Below are positions 9,645 through 16,672 of a DNA stretch of 20,000 bases, in pieces (positions within the stretch are counted from its first letter, which is position 1; every line of letters starts with the position of its first letter). Source of the stretch: an uncultured archaeon (GTDB lineage: Archaea > Thermoplasmatota > Penumbrarchaeia > CAZUZU01); NCBI GenBank assembly GCA_964624865.1, contig CAZUZU010000002.1, positions 18,347-38,346 on the forward strand. The letters are read 5' to 3'. The translations under genes and the position numbers were made by a program. The notes under the pieces are model-generated. The model worked only from the letters and a program-made list of their open reading frames with translations, did no database searches and was not told the origin of the DNA.

Positions 9645-10324
9645 TCCATCACTTCCAGGATATCGTTCACGCTTTCCAGGACATATATTGCCCCTTCTTT
9701 TCTTAAGGTGATCCTCATTTTATCACTGCCGTTCGTTATACCTATGGGCATTACTTTCGCGGCGGCCGCAGCCCGCACGTCGTCCACGTTGTCCCCCAGA
9801 TAGATCGCATCTCCCGGCTCGACCCCCAGCGTGCCAAGGGCCAGTTGTATGCCCAAGGGGTCGGGCTTCTTTCTATCGCCCTGTTCCTCCATTGCAATCA
9901 ATACCTTGAACTTTTCCCTGGCCCCGAACTTGTCCAAGGTGTACTCGGCCTCCTCCCTCGGCCTACCCGTGACGATGCCGAGTAGATAGCGGGCGGCAAG
10001 CGTGTTCAGGACCTTGTCCTTTAGGAGCCATTTCTCCCGGTTTATCAGGCCGCTGAAGTCCGGGCCCCGGTAAATATCCTGAAATTTTTGGACCATGTCG
10101 GATCGGGGGACATTAAGGCCCGTGTCCCTTACTATGGCCTCGGTGAGGTCCCAGTCGTCGTTGTAGCCTCCCTCCATCTTGTAACGCTCCACCTCCTCCT
10201 GCGTGACTTTACGGCCAAGGAAATGCTCTGCGCTCTTTCTGATGGTTACCATGTAGGACCTCGAAACGTCCACCAGCACGTCGTCCATGTCAAAGAGAAC
10301 GGCCTCCATCTCCGTCAATACCAT
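9641..10324 (-). CDS. HAD-superfamily phosphatase, candidate histidinol-phosphatase
   Basis: HAD motifs AVLFDMDDVLVD, LGIVTGRP, KPDPLGI, AIYLGDNVDD; lies between hisB and hisG with a 4-nt overlap with hisB. Confidence 0.88.
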   Translation of the reverse strand: MVLTEMEAVLFDMDDVLVDVSRSYMVTIRKSAEHFLGRKVTQEEVERYKMEGGYNDDWDLTEAIVRDTGLNVPRSDMVQKFQDIYRGPDFSGLINREKWLLKDKVLNTLAARYLLGIVTGRPREEAEYTLDKFGAREKFKVLIAMEEQGDRKKPDPLGIQLALGTLGVEPGDAIYLGDNVDDVRAAAAAKVMPIGITNGSDKMRITLRKEGAIYVLESVNDILEVME

Positions 10325-10338
10325 GCACCCTCCCTCTT

Positions 10339-11205
10339 TCAGGCTATGACCTTCCGGATATCGTATTCCAGGATGTCGGTGGCCCCCATCTCCCTGAGCT
10401 TGGGTATGAGCTTGGGCACTTCGTGCTTCATCACTGCGATCTTAACGGCGTAACCCTCCTCCGCGTACAGGGGTGCGACAGTGGGGGAGCGCATGCAGGG
10501 CAGGAATTCCACTACGGCCTCGAAATTGTCCTTGGGCACGTTCATCTCCAGCATTACTCTTCCCCTGGCGTCCAATACCGCCCGGAAGATGGTGGCCAGC
10601 TGTTCGATCTTTTCCCTCTTCCATTGGTCTTCCATCGCCTCCTTGTTGGCTACGAGCATGGTCGAGCTTTCCATCACAGTGTCCGTGATGCGCAGGTCGT
10701 GCTCCTTGATGGTCCGGCCCGTGGCGGTGTTGTCTATTATCATGTCGGCGTCGTCCGGGGGAAAGGCCTCCGTCGCCCCGTAGGTGCGGAGCAGCATGAA
10801 GTCGTAGCCCCTTTCCTCCAGGTAGCGGCCGGATATGTTGTCGTACTCGGTGGCCACCACGATCCTTTTCCCTTTTAGCTCCCCCACGTCGGTATTATTG
10901 GGGACGGCGGCAACTATCCGCACCGGGTCCAGGCCCAGGTCCATGACCTCCTTCACGTCAACGCCGCTCTCAACCACCCAGTCGTGCCCGGTGAACCCGA
11001 GGTCGTGTGACCCCATCTCTATGAGCTTGGGAATGTTCTGGGGCCTCATCATCTTGACCTCTATGTCCTCGTCGTTGATGTCCGGCCTGTAGTCCCTGCT
11101 CCGTATCCGGAGACTCATACCTGCGTCGTTTATCAGCGTCTCGATACTACCCTGGATGCTGCCCTTGGGTATCACCAGCCTCAGCTTCGTCATGGTTTCA
11201 ACCAC
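10339..11205 (-). CDS. hisG: ATP phosphoribosyltransferase, long form
   Basis: LRLVIPKGSIQ, DLGFTGHDWV, IVVATEYDNISGRYLEERG, LLRTYGATEAFPPDDADMIIDNTATGRT; 288 aa with a C-terminal regulatory-like region (PTVAPLY...). Start is GTG at 11205 or the ATG at 11193. Confidence 0.95.
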   Translation of the reverse strand: MVETMTKLRLVIPKGSIQGSIETLINDAGMSLRIRSRDYRPDINDEDIEVKMMRPQNIPKLIEMGSHDLGFTGHDWVVESGVDVKEVMDLGLDPVRIVAAVPNNTDVGELKGKRIVVATEYDNISGRYLEERGYDFMLLRTYGATEAFPPDDADMIIDNTATGRTIKEHDLRITDTVMESSTMLVANKEAMEDQWKREKIEQLATIFRAVLDARGRVMLEMNVPKDNFEAVVEFLPCMRSPTVAPLYAEEGYAVKIAVMKHEVPKLIPKLREMGATDILEYDIRKVIA

Positions 11206-11254
11206 CTTTGATCGACTTTACAGTAACCTTACCACATGAAGAAAAAACAACAAG

Positions 11255-11264
11255 CATATAAAAG
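11255..11264 (-). promoter_or_regulatory. Putative TATA box for the his operon
   Basis: CTTTTATATG on the minus strand, about 50 nt upstream of the hisG start region. Confidence 0.45.
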
Positions 11265-11719
11265 AACTGCGTTAGCGTCCGGGGGGCTGTAGAAATTTTT
11301 CTGCTTTCTTTACAAGGTCGGGGATTATATCCAAGATAACTATAATGGCACATATCAAAAGAAAGCGGTCACCGTGATGAAACTCCAAGAGGGCCAACAG
11401 TAAATTACGCTCGAAGATAATTATCATCTAAACAGCTCGTCGATCTCGTCGTCCACCGACTTCGGCCCGGCCCTCCGTGATACCGCCGCACGCCATGGGT
11501 ATCGAGGTGGAGATGAACTCTTCCCGACCAAGGTCGGAGATCACGCTCTCATGCCAGTAAAATACCTGCGTACTCGCTCGCTTCCACGCATCCGCCCATA
11601 TAGGCTTCGCCTCCATGCCTAGCTAATACGCACAACGCTATATAGTGTTTTGCTGCGGGTTTTGATCATCAAGTTCTCGTTGCTTGCGGTGTTGTCCCAG
11701 AGGGGGTAGTCACCGAATA

Positions 11720-11731
11720 ATATAAATATCA
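11720..11731 (+). promoter_or_regulatory. Putative TATA box for 5S rRNA
   Basis: AT-rich AATATAAATATC about 25-30 nt upstream of the deduced 5S 5' end. Confidence 0.5.
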
Positions 11732-11752
11732 AATTATGTATTAACCTCAGAT

Positions 11753-11978
11753 AGTAGACGGCCATAGCAGTGGGGAAACACCCGGTCTCATACCGAACCC
11801 GGCAGTTAAGCCTGCTGCGTAATATCTGGTACTATGATGCGAGAGCTCATGGGAAGGATACCCTGAAAGGGGCTTGGTCCTTTGGCCTAGGTAAGGAGTC
11901 CAAGTTGACACCTTCGGGTGACTTCTTGGGTAAACCTTACTGCCTGAAAGCCAAAGGTTCCTTGGTATGCTGTCTACT
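11753..11978 (+). rRNA. rrf: 5S ribosomal RNA, apparently with an internal expansion segment; total about 226 nt
   Basis: Core GCCATAGCAGTGGGGAAACACCCGGTCTCATACCGAACCCGGCAGTTAAGCCTGCTGCG is typical archaeal 5S. Helix II AGCAG 11766-11770 / CTGCT 11812-11816. Hairpin CTATGA 11832-11837 / TCATGG 11847-11852. Helix I AGTAGACGG 11753-11761 / CTGTCTACT 11970-11978 (9 bp). Exact ends uncertain by a few nt. Confidence 0.88.
11861..11967 (+). other. Expansion segment of about 107 nt inside 5S rRNA
   Basis: Nested helices: CCTTTGGC 11879-11886 / GCCAAAGG 11950-11957 (8 bp), GTAAGG 11891-11896 / CCTTAC 11935-11940 (6 bp), CCAAG 11900-11904 / CTTGG 11925-11929, CACC 11909-11912 UUCG GGTG 11917-11920; also CCC-TGAAA-GGG at 11861-11871. 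Confidence 0.8.
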
Positions 11979-12014
11979 CTTTATCCTAATCCAAAACAAA
12001 TAAGAGGCGATACC

Positions 12015-12311
12015 ATGATAACCACTGGACTTGACCGGGAGATAGAGCTCTTTTGCAGGCATCTGAACGTGCTGACCAATCTCAAGGAAAACCAACCCCT
12101 GGGCATCATCAAGCTGTCCCAGCAACTGGGCCTGCCCCAGCACAAGGTCAGGTACTCCCTCCGTCTTCTGGAAAGGGAGGGGCTGGTGGTGCCTACCCCG
12201 GGAGGGGCCACCCTCGGTCCCAAGGCGGACGAGTTCTACAACGAGATTCCTGTGGTCCTAAGGGACTACTACGAAACCTTTAAGGACTTCGAGGACTTAA
12301 TCGCCGAATGA
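12015..12311 (+). CDS. Small winged-helix/HTH DNA-binding protein
   Basis: 98-aa product; GIIKLSQQLGLPQHKVRYSLRLLEREGLVVPTPGGATLG fits a winged helix. ATG at 12015 preferred over the track start at 11967, which lies inside the 5S gene. Confidence 0.7.
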   Translation: MITTGLDREIELFCRHLNVLTNLKENQPLGIIKLSQQLGLPQHKVRYSLRLLEREGLVVPTPGGATLGPKADEFYNEIPVVLRDYYETFKDFEDLIAE

Positions 12312-13375
12312 CCATGCCGAAAAATCGTTTGAGACTGCAATTGACCTCCTATATGCCGGTATTTCTCACCATCCTTGTTTCCCTTCCCCTTGTCTACATG
12401 GTATACGCATCGGAGTTCTTCATCCAGGCCACAGTATTTGCTGAAAGGGGGACGGGAGGAGAGGCCGCCGGGGCCGGCATCCTCAACGCGGTCATCCTTG
12501 TGGTTGCGGCTCTCATCGGGGGACTGTTCATCTTCCTGCTGGTCAAGATGAAGAGGGAGGGCGTCCTCCAGGTCATGTTCATGGGCGCCTTTTTATTCGT
12601 TCTCACCGTTATCTCCTTTTACTTCATCACCAGCTCCCTCCGTATCCTGTACCGGCCTTGGACCACCTATCTCTACCATACCTCGATACTGCCTCTTGGC
12701 CTAACGGCGATGTACTCGGTGGTCCTGGCATTACCCGGCTTCGACCTGATCATGCTGTTCTTTTCATTTTTATTCGCCGTCTACATAACCGCCCAGATTT
12801 TCAGGAACCGTAGGATAATGGAGTGCAACACCGCCCTAATAGTTCTGGCCAGCATGACCGGCGCCTTTCTTGCAGTGCTACTACCCATATACACCGCCGT
12901 TTTTCTTTTGATCCTTCTATCCATCTACGATATCTATGCCGTTTTCAAGGGTCCCATAAAGAGAATAGCCGAGATGACCCACGGCTCAGACGCCACTCCC
13001 TCTCCCCGCCCCAAGGAATCGTCACATGAGCCTGTGCAGCCGGCTCCAAGCATGGACGAGTACATAGAGGAGGACGATTTCATGTCCCGGCTCACCTATA
13101 AAACGCCTTTCTGGGACCTGGGCCTGGGTGACCTGGTGTTCTACTCCATGCTGGGAGCCACCGCCTTCATGCATGGCGCGCGGCACTTTCCCGCCCTTGG
13201 TCTTCTTGCTCCCTGGATCCCCTTTGTCGCCGTGTCCCTGGGGGTAATGGCCGGCCTGGTCCTGACCATCAAGCTCCTGGAGCGCAATTACATGATGCCC
13301 GGCCTGCCCATATCAACCTTCCTGGGGCTGGGTATACTCGCCGCAGTCCATCTTGCCTACCTTTGGTTTAGGTAA
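12308..13375 (+). CDS. Polytopic membrane protein, unknown function
   Basis: Multiple hydrophobic segments (VFLTILVSLPLVYMVY, AVILVVAALIGGLFIFLLV, VMFMGAFLFVLTVISFYFI, TALIVLASMTGAFLAVLLPIYTAVFLLILL and others); starts overlapping the preceding stop. Confidence 0.75.
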   Translation: MTMPKNRLRLQLTSYMPVFLTILVSLPLVYMVYASEFFIQATVFAERGTGGEAAGAGILNAVILVVAALIGGLFIFLLVKMKREGVLQVMFMGAFLFVLTVISFYFITSSLRILYRPWTTYLYHTSILPLGLTAMYSVVLALPGFDLIMLFFSFLFAVYITAQIFRNRRIMECNTALIVLASMTGAFLAVLLPIYTAVFLLILLSIYDIYAVFKGPIKRIAEMTHGSDATPSPRPKESSHEPVQPAPSMDEYIEEDDFMSRLTYKTPFWDLGLGDLVFYSMLGATAFMHGARHFPALGLLAPWIPFVAVSLGVMAGLVLTIKLLERNYMMPGLPISTFLGLGILAAVHLAYLWFR

Positions 13376-13400
13376 CCTTATTATAAGACGAAGTATTACT

Positions 13401-13895
13401 ATGGTCGGTGATGACATGGTAGATAAGAATTACCTCGGTCTGGCAGTTAAGGACAGCGAGGGGGTGGAAGTAGGGTTCGTTGACGATACCACGGACGATT
13501 ACTTTATAATAGGGGAGGGCCCCGGGGATGTTTTTCGCTTGAACAAGACCTTGGTGGGAAAGGAGAAGGAAGGCTCCCTTCATCTAAAGAATACAGTCTA
13601 CAATATCCTCATGGAATCCACGGTATACGATTCCCAAGGTGAGAAGATCGGCACGGTGGCGGAGGTCATAGAGACCGGGGACGTTGTCGATACAATGATA
13701 ATCGACACCAGCGAGGGGGAGGAGACAAGCAGGGACAAGGAGGCCTTCGTTTATGCCGTTCTGGAGGAGGTGGAGACCATAGACATCGACACCCTCGTTC
13801 TCAACATTCCCTATGAAGAGCTAAAGTTCCACAATCAACCCCACACCATCAGGGAAACGGTCTGGGATCGGGTCAAGCACCTTTTCGGCGGCTGA
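13401..13895 (+). CDS. PRC-barrel-like protein
   Basis: YLGLAVKDSEGVEVGFVDDTTDDYFII and STVYDSQGEKIGTVAEVIETGDVVDTMII resemble two PRC-barrel-type beta units. ATG at 13401 preferred over the track start at 13353. Confidence 0.5.
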   Translation: MVGDDMVDKNYLGLAVKDSEGVEVGFVDDTTDDYFIIGEGPGDVFRLNKTLVGKEKEGSLHLKNTVYNILMESTVYDSQGEKIGTVAEVIETGDVVDTMIIDTSEGEETSRDKEAFVYAVLEEVETIDIDTLVLNIPYEELKFHNQPHTIRETVWDRVKHLFGG

Positions 13896-13898
13896 CCC

Positions 13899-14066
13899 AT
13901 GGGTAAAAAGAGGATCACCACCCTTGTTTGCCCCCACTGCGGATCGAGCGACCTGTATTACGAGAGCGGTATGATAGGGGGATACGTCTATCACTGTAAG
14001 AAATGCGATTACGTCGGCCCCTTCGTCATCGAAAAGGAGATGGAGATAGACAAGGATGAATTATGA
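13899..14066 (+). CDS. 55-aa zinc-ribbon protein, absent from the ORF track
   Basis: MGKKRITTLVCPHCGSSDLYYESGMIGGYVYHCKKCDYVGPFVIEKEMEIDKDEL; CPHC...CKKC ligands; ATG 3 nt after the preceding stop codon. Confidence 0.8.
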   Translation: MGKKRITTLVCPHCGSSDLYYESGMIGGYVYHCKKCDYVGPFVIEKEMEIDKDEL

Positions 14067-14558
14067 CTAGGTCGGCATGCCTATGGCCTTGGCCGAAAAG
14101 TATTTGGTAGTTCGGTCCAGGATCACCTCTCCCTGATCCGTTCTCACTTCCAGATAGGTTTCCAGGACCAGGGTTTCCGGGGTCTCCAGCCAGGTGTCGT
14201 GCGGCACCCGCCCCGTGATATTTGCGATGCCCTTTTCCACCGGGTCCAGGAAGATCTGTCTTCCCGAACCGATGCATATGGAGCCCGTCAGGTTGGCATA
14301 GGACAGATTGAAATATACGGCCAGGGAGGACTCCGGGATTTGCTTGCCTGCGTACACCAGGCATGTGATCAGGAATTCGGCTTCTCCGAGCCGTGGGTCC
14401 CTGTAGCTGAGGTTAATATCCCGAAAATAGGTGTCCGTTTCCCTGATGAAAAGGTCCTCCGCCTCCGGTAGTTCCAATCCCCCTCCGAACGTGGCGTGAA
14501 AAGAGACCGAGGCCATGACCAGGACAACGATCACGTGTAGTACCGGGTGTCTCTGCAT
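14067..14558 (-). CDS. Putative secreted protein
   Basis: N-terminal hydrophobic segment MQRHPVLHVIVVLVMASVSFHATFG, then a soluble region; 163 aa. Confidence 0.6.
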   Translation of the reverse strand: MQRHPVLHVIVVLVMASVSFHATFGGGLELPEAEDLFIRETDTYFRDINLSYRDPRLGEAEFLITCLVYAGKQIPESSLAVYFNLSYANLTGSICIGSGRQIFLDPVEKGIANITGRVPHDTWLETPETLVLETYLEVRTDQGEVILDRTTKYFSAKAIGMPT

Positions 14559-15142
14559 CTCAGAGCGGCCCTCCTTTCCCTGTACAAGAACCTCCTAAGG
14601 TGGTATATCGCTCCCTTCTTCCCCTTTTCCAAGGGAAGGACGGAGGCGTGGCATATTCCCGCGAACTCTATCAGGTGTGGCATCCGTATGACCTGGTACA
14701 GGATGTAGAACATTATCGGAGCGTTGAACGGGATGAACGAGGCCAGGATAATATTAGCACCGCCCAGCTTGGGCCTCACCGGTACCAGGACGAAGCCGTT
14801 CACCGCCAATATTACGGATATGTAGACCGCCAGGAACAGGAGCATGAATGGCGGCACGTAGAGGTCGTAGATTATTGGCGGCACGGTGATCACCGCCAGG
14901 AATGCCACCGACAGCTTGAGGTACCACATCGAGGTCCTTTCCCTGTTGATTATCACTGCATCCGCGGCCGTGAGCACGGCTGCGAGCAGTAAAAGCCCGA
15001 TGACCACCGCCTTCAGGCCGAAGGCGGTAAATGAATAGCCTGTGGAGAAGAGATGTATTATCGAGTAGGCGGAGGCAAGCGAGATCACTATGGAAACGAT
15101 AAGAAATAGAATATAGATCCGGTCCGAATTTTTTTCTTCCAT
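14531..15142 (-). CDS. Polytopic membrane protein, unknown function
   Basis: About five to six hydrophobic helices from IYILFLIVSIVISLASAY onward. Likely start MEEKNSDR (15142) rather than the track start at 15241; overlaps the downstream gene by 28 nt. Confidence 0.6.
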   Translation of the reverse strand: MEEKNSDRIYILFLIVSIVISLASAYSIIHLFSTGYSFTAFGLKAVVIGLLLLAAVLTAADAVIINRERTSMWYLKLSVAFLAVITVPPIIYDLYVPPFMLLFLAVYISVILAVNGFVLVPVRPKLGGANIILASFIPFNAPIMFYILYQVIRMPHLIEFAGICHASVLPLEKGKKGAIYHLRRFLYRERRAALRCRDTRYYT

Positions 15143-15205
15143 GGCGTAATGCACATTACCGAGGTATATAACATTTTCTTTATATCCCATATAAAAATGA
15201 GTGAA

Positions 15206-15216
15206 TTTATATATAA
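15206..15216 (+). promoter_or_regulatory. Putative TATA box driving the dnaG leader
   Basis: TTTATATATAA; predicted TSS near 15240 would give a leader of about 190 nt. Confidence 0.45.
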
Positions 15217-15320
15217 TGAACGCAATATCCTTTTCGCTCAAGGTAAAATGCCCGTGGCAGTGAGGCAGAAACTGTCAATGTCATGATATCACACTCAATA
15301 TCTAGTACAACGCGCATCAA

Positions 15321-15356
15321 CGGATGTATGCGAGAGTTGCAATTTAACTCCATCCG
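15321..15356 (+). other. Potential RNA hairpin in the dnaG upstream region
   Basis: CGGATG 15321-15326 / CATCCG 15351-15356, directly stacked on GAGTT 15334-15338 / AACTC 15346-15350, with a 7-nt 5' bulge and 7-nt loop. Confidence 0.4.
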
Positions 15357-15428
15357 GATGTACGTAAGTGGTATGTCGTACCATTGATAATTTTGCTTCA
15401 GCCCGGGAACAAAAAAGAGGTGAACAAT

Positions 15429-16670
15429 ATGGTAATAGACCCAAGTACAACGAAATATATGATAAAGGCAAAGATAAAGACCGAAGGTATTGTTGAGAAA
15501 CCCGATGTTGTAGGTGCTATATTCGGTCAGACCGAAGGGCTCATAGGCGACGAGCTTGACCTGAGGGACCTACAGAAGAGCGGCAGGATCGGCAGAATAG
15601 AGGTGACCGTATCCACCAAGAAGGGCAAGAGCGAGGGGACCATAACCATTCCCTCCTGCCTGGACCAGGTGGAGACCGCCATACTCGGCTCCGCCCTGGA
15701 GACCATTGACCGGGTGGGCCCGTGCAAGGCCACCATCGACATCGACGCGATAGAGGACGTCAGGGCCTCCAAGAGGAGGAAGATCATAGACCGTGCGAGA
15801 CAACTGCTCGGTGACATGATAGAGGCCTCCAAGCACGTGGGCATAGACCTCACTGACACGGTAAGGGAAGCGGTCCAGGTAGAGGTTATAACCTCCTACG
15901 GCCCGGAAAAGCTCCCCGCAGGGCCCAATGTGGAGCCCTCGGACAATATAATCGTGGTTGAGGGAAGGAGCGACGTGCTCAACCTGCTGAAGTACGGAAT
16001 CAAGAATGCAATAGCCGTGGAAGGTACAAGCGTTCCCAAGACAATAGAGGAGCTCACCAAGGAGAAGAACGCGATAGCGTTCGTGGACGGTGACAGGGGC
16101 GGTCAGCTTATATTACGGGAGCTGCTGGAGATTACCGAGATCGATTTCGTTGCCCGCGCGCCCAAGGGCAGGGAGGTGGAGGAGCTGAGCCAGAAACAGA
16201 TAATGAAGTCTCTCCGCAACAAGATACCCTCCGAGCAGTACATCGAGATGTACAACATAACCCTTAGCCGCTCCGAAGAGGAATCAAAGGATGAGAAGGG
16301 GGACAAGGGTAAGAAGGGAGGCAAGGGAAAGAAGGACACGCCCAAGGATACCGGGGACAAACTGGAGCTCACCCCACAGTTGAAGGGCTATAAGAAGGTG
16401 CTCAAAGACCTGGAGGGAAAGACCAAGGCCACCCTGCTGGACGCCAAGGATAAGACCCTGAAGGAGATCCCCATCAGGGAATTAAGAGACCAGATAGGCA
16501 ACAAGAGCCTGAACATCCAGACCATAGTCTTTGACGGTATCATCACCCAGCAGTTGGTGGATCTGGCCGCGTCCTCAGGGGTAAAGACCATCGTCGGACT
16601 CAAGAAGAGCAACGTGTCAAAACAGCCAAGTGGGATATCCTTATATACCAAGAACGAGCTTGATTTATAG
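15429..16670 (+). CDS. dnaG: Archaeal DnaG-type primase (exosome-associated DnaG)
   Basis: YMIKAKIKTEGIVEKPDVVGAIFGQTEGLIGDELDLR, toprim IIVVEGRSDVLNLLKYGIKNAIAVEGT, AFVDGDRGG, SKNLNIQTIVFDGIITQQLVDLAASSGVKTIVG. ATG at 15429 preferred over the track start. Confidence 0.95.
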   Translation: MVIDPSTTKYMIKAKIKTEGIVEKPDVVGAIFGQTEGLIGDELDLRDLQKSGRIGRIEVTVSTKKGKSEGTITIPSCLDQVETAILGSALETIDRVGPCKATIDIDAIEDVRASKRRKIIDRARQLLGDMIEASKHVGIDLTDTVREAVQVEVITSYGPEKLPAGPNVEPSDNIIVVEGRSDVLNLLKYGIKNAIAVEGTSVPKTIEELTKEKNAIAFVDGDRGGQLILRELLEITEIDFVARAPKGREVEELSQKQIMKSLRNKIPSEQYIEMYNITLSRSEEESKDEKGDKGKKGGKGKKDTPKDTGDKLELTPQLKGYKKVLKDLEGKTKATLLDAKDKTLKEIPIRELRDQIGNKSLNIQTIVFDGIITQQLVDLAASSGVKTIVGLKKSNVSKQPSGISLYTKNELDL

Positions 16671-16672
16671 AC

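Noticed and set aside
9228-9803. 191-aa plus-strand ORF
   Set aside because: Antisense to hisB and the HAD gene; product is a reverse-frame shadow.
11352-11358. GTGATGA as box C of a C/D sRNA
   Set aside because: No CTGA D/D' box at suitable spacing on the same strand.
11879-11957. Independent ncRNA or transcription terminator downstream of a normal 5S
   Set aside because: Considered, but the helix I partner (CTGTCTACT) occurs only after this arm and no good helix I strand exists before it, so an internal 5S insertion fits better. Independent-RNA status is not fully excluded without RNA data.
11770-12003. 77-aa ORF MGKHPVSYRTRQLSLL...
   Set aside because: Lies inside the 5S rRNA gene and its insert; translation of conserved 5S core sequence.
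11967-12014. N-terminal extension of the winged-helix ORF from the track start
   Set aside because: Would begin inside the 3' strand region of 5S helix I; the ATG at 12015 is the sensible start.
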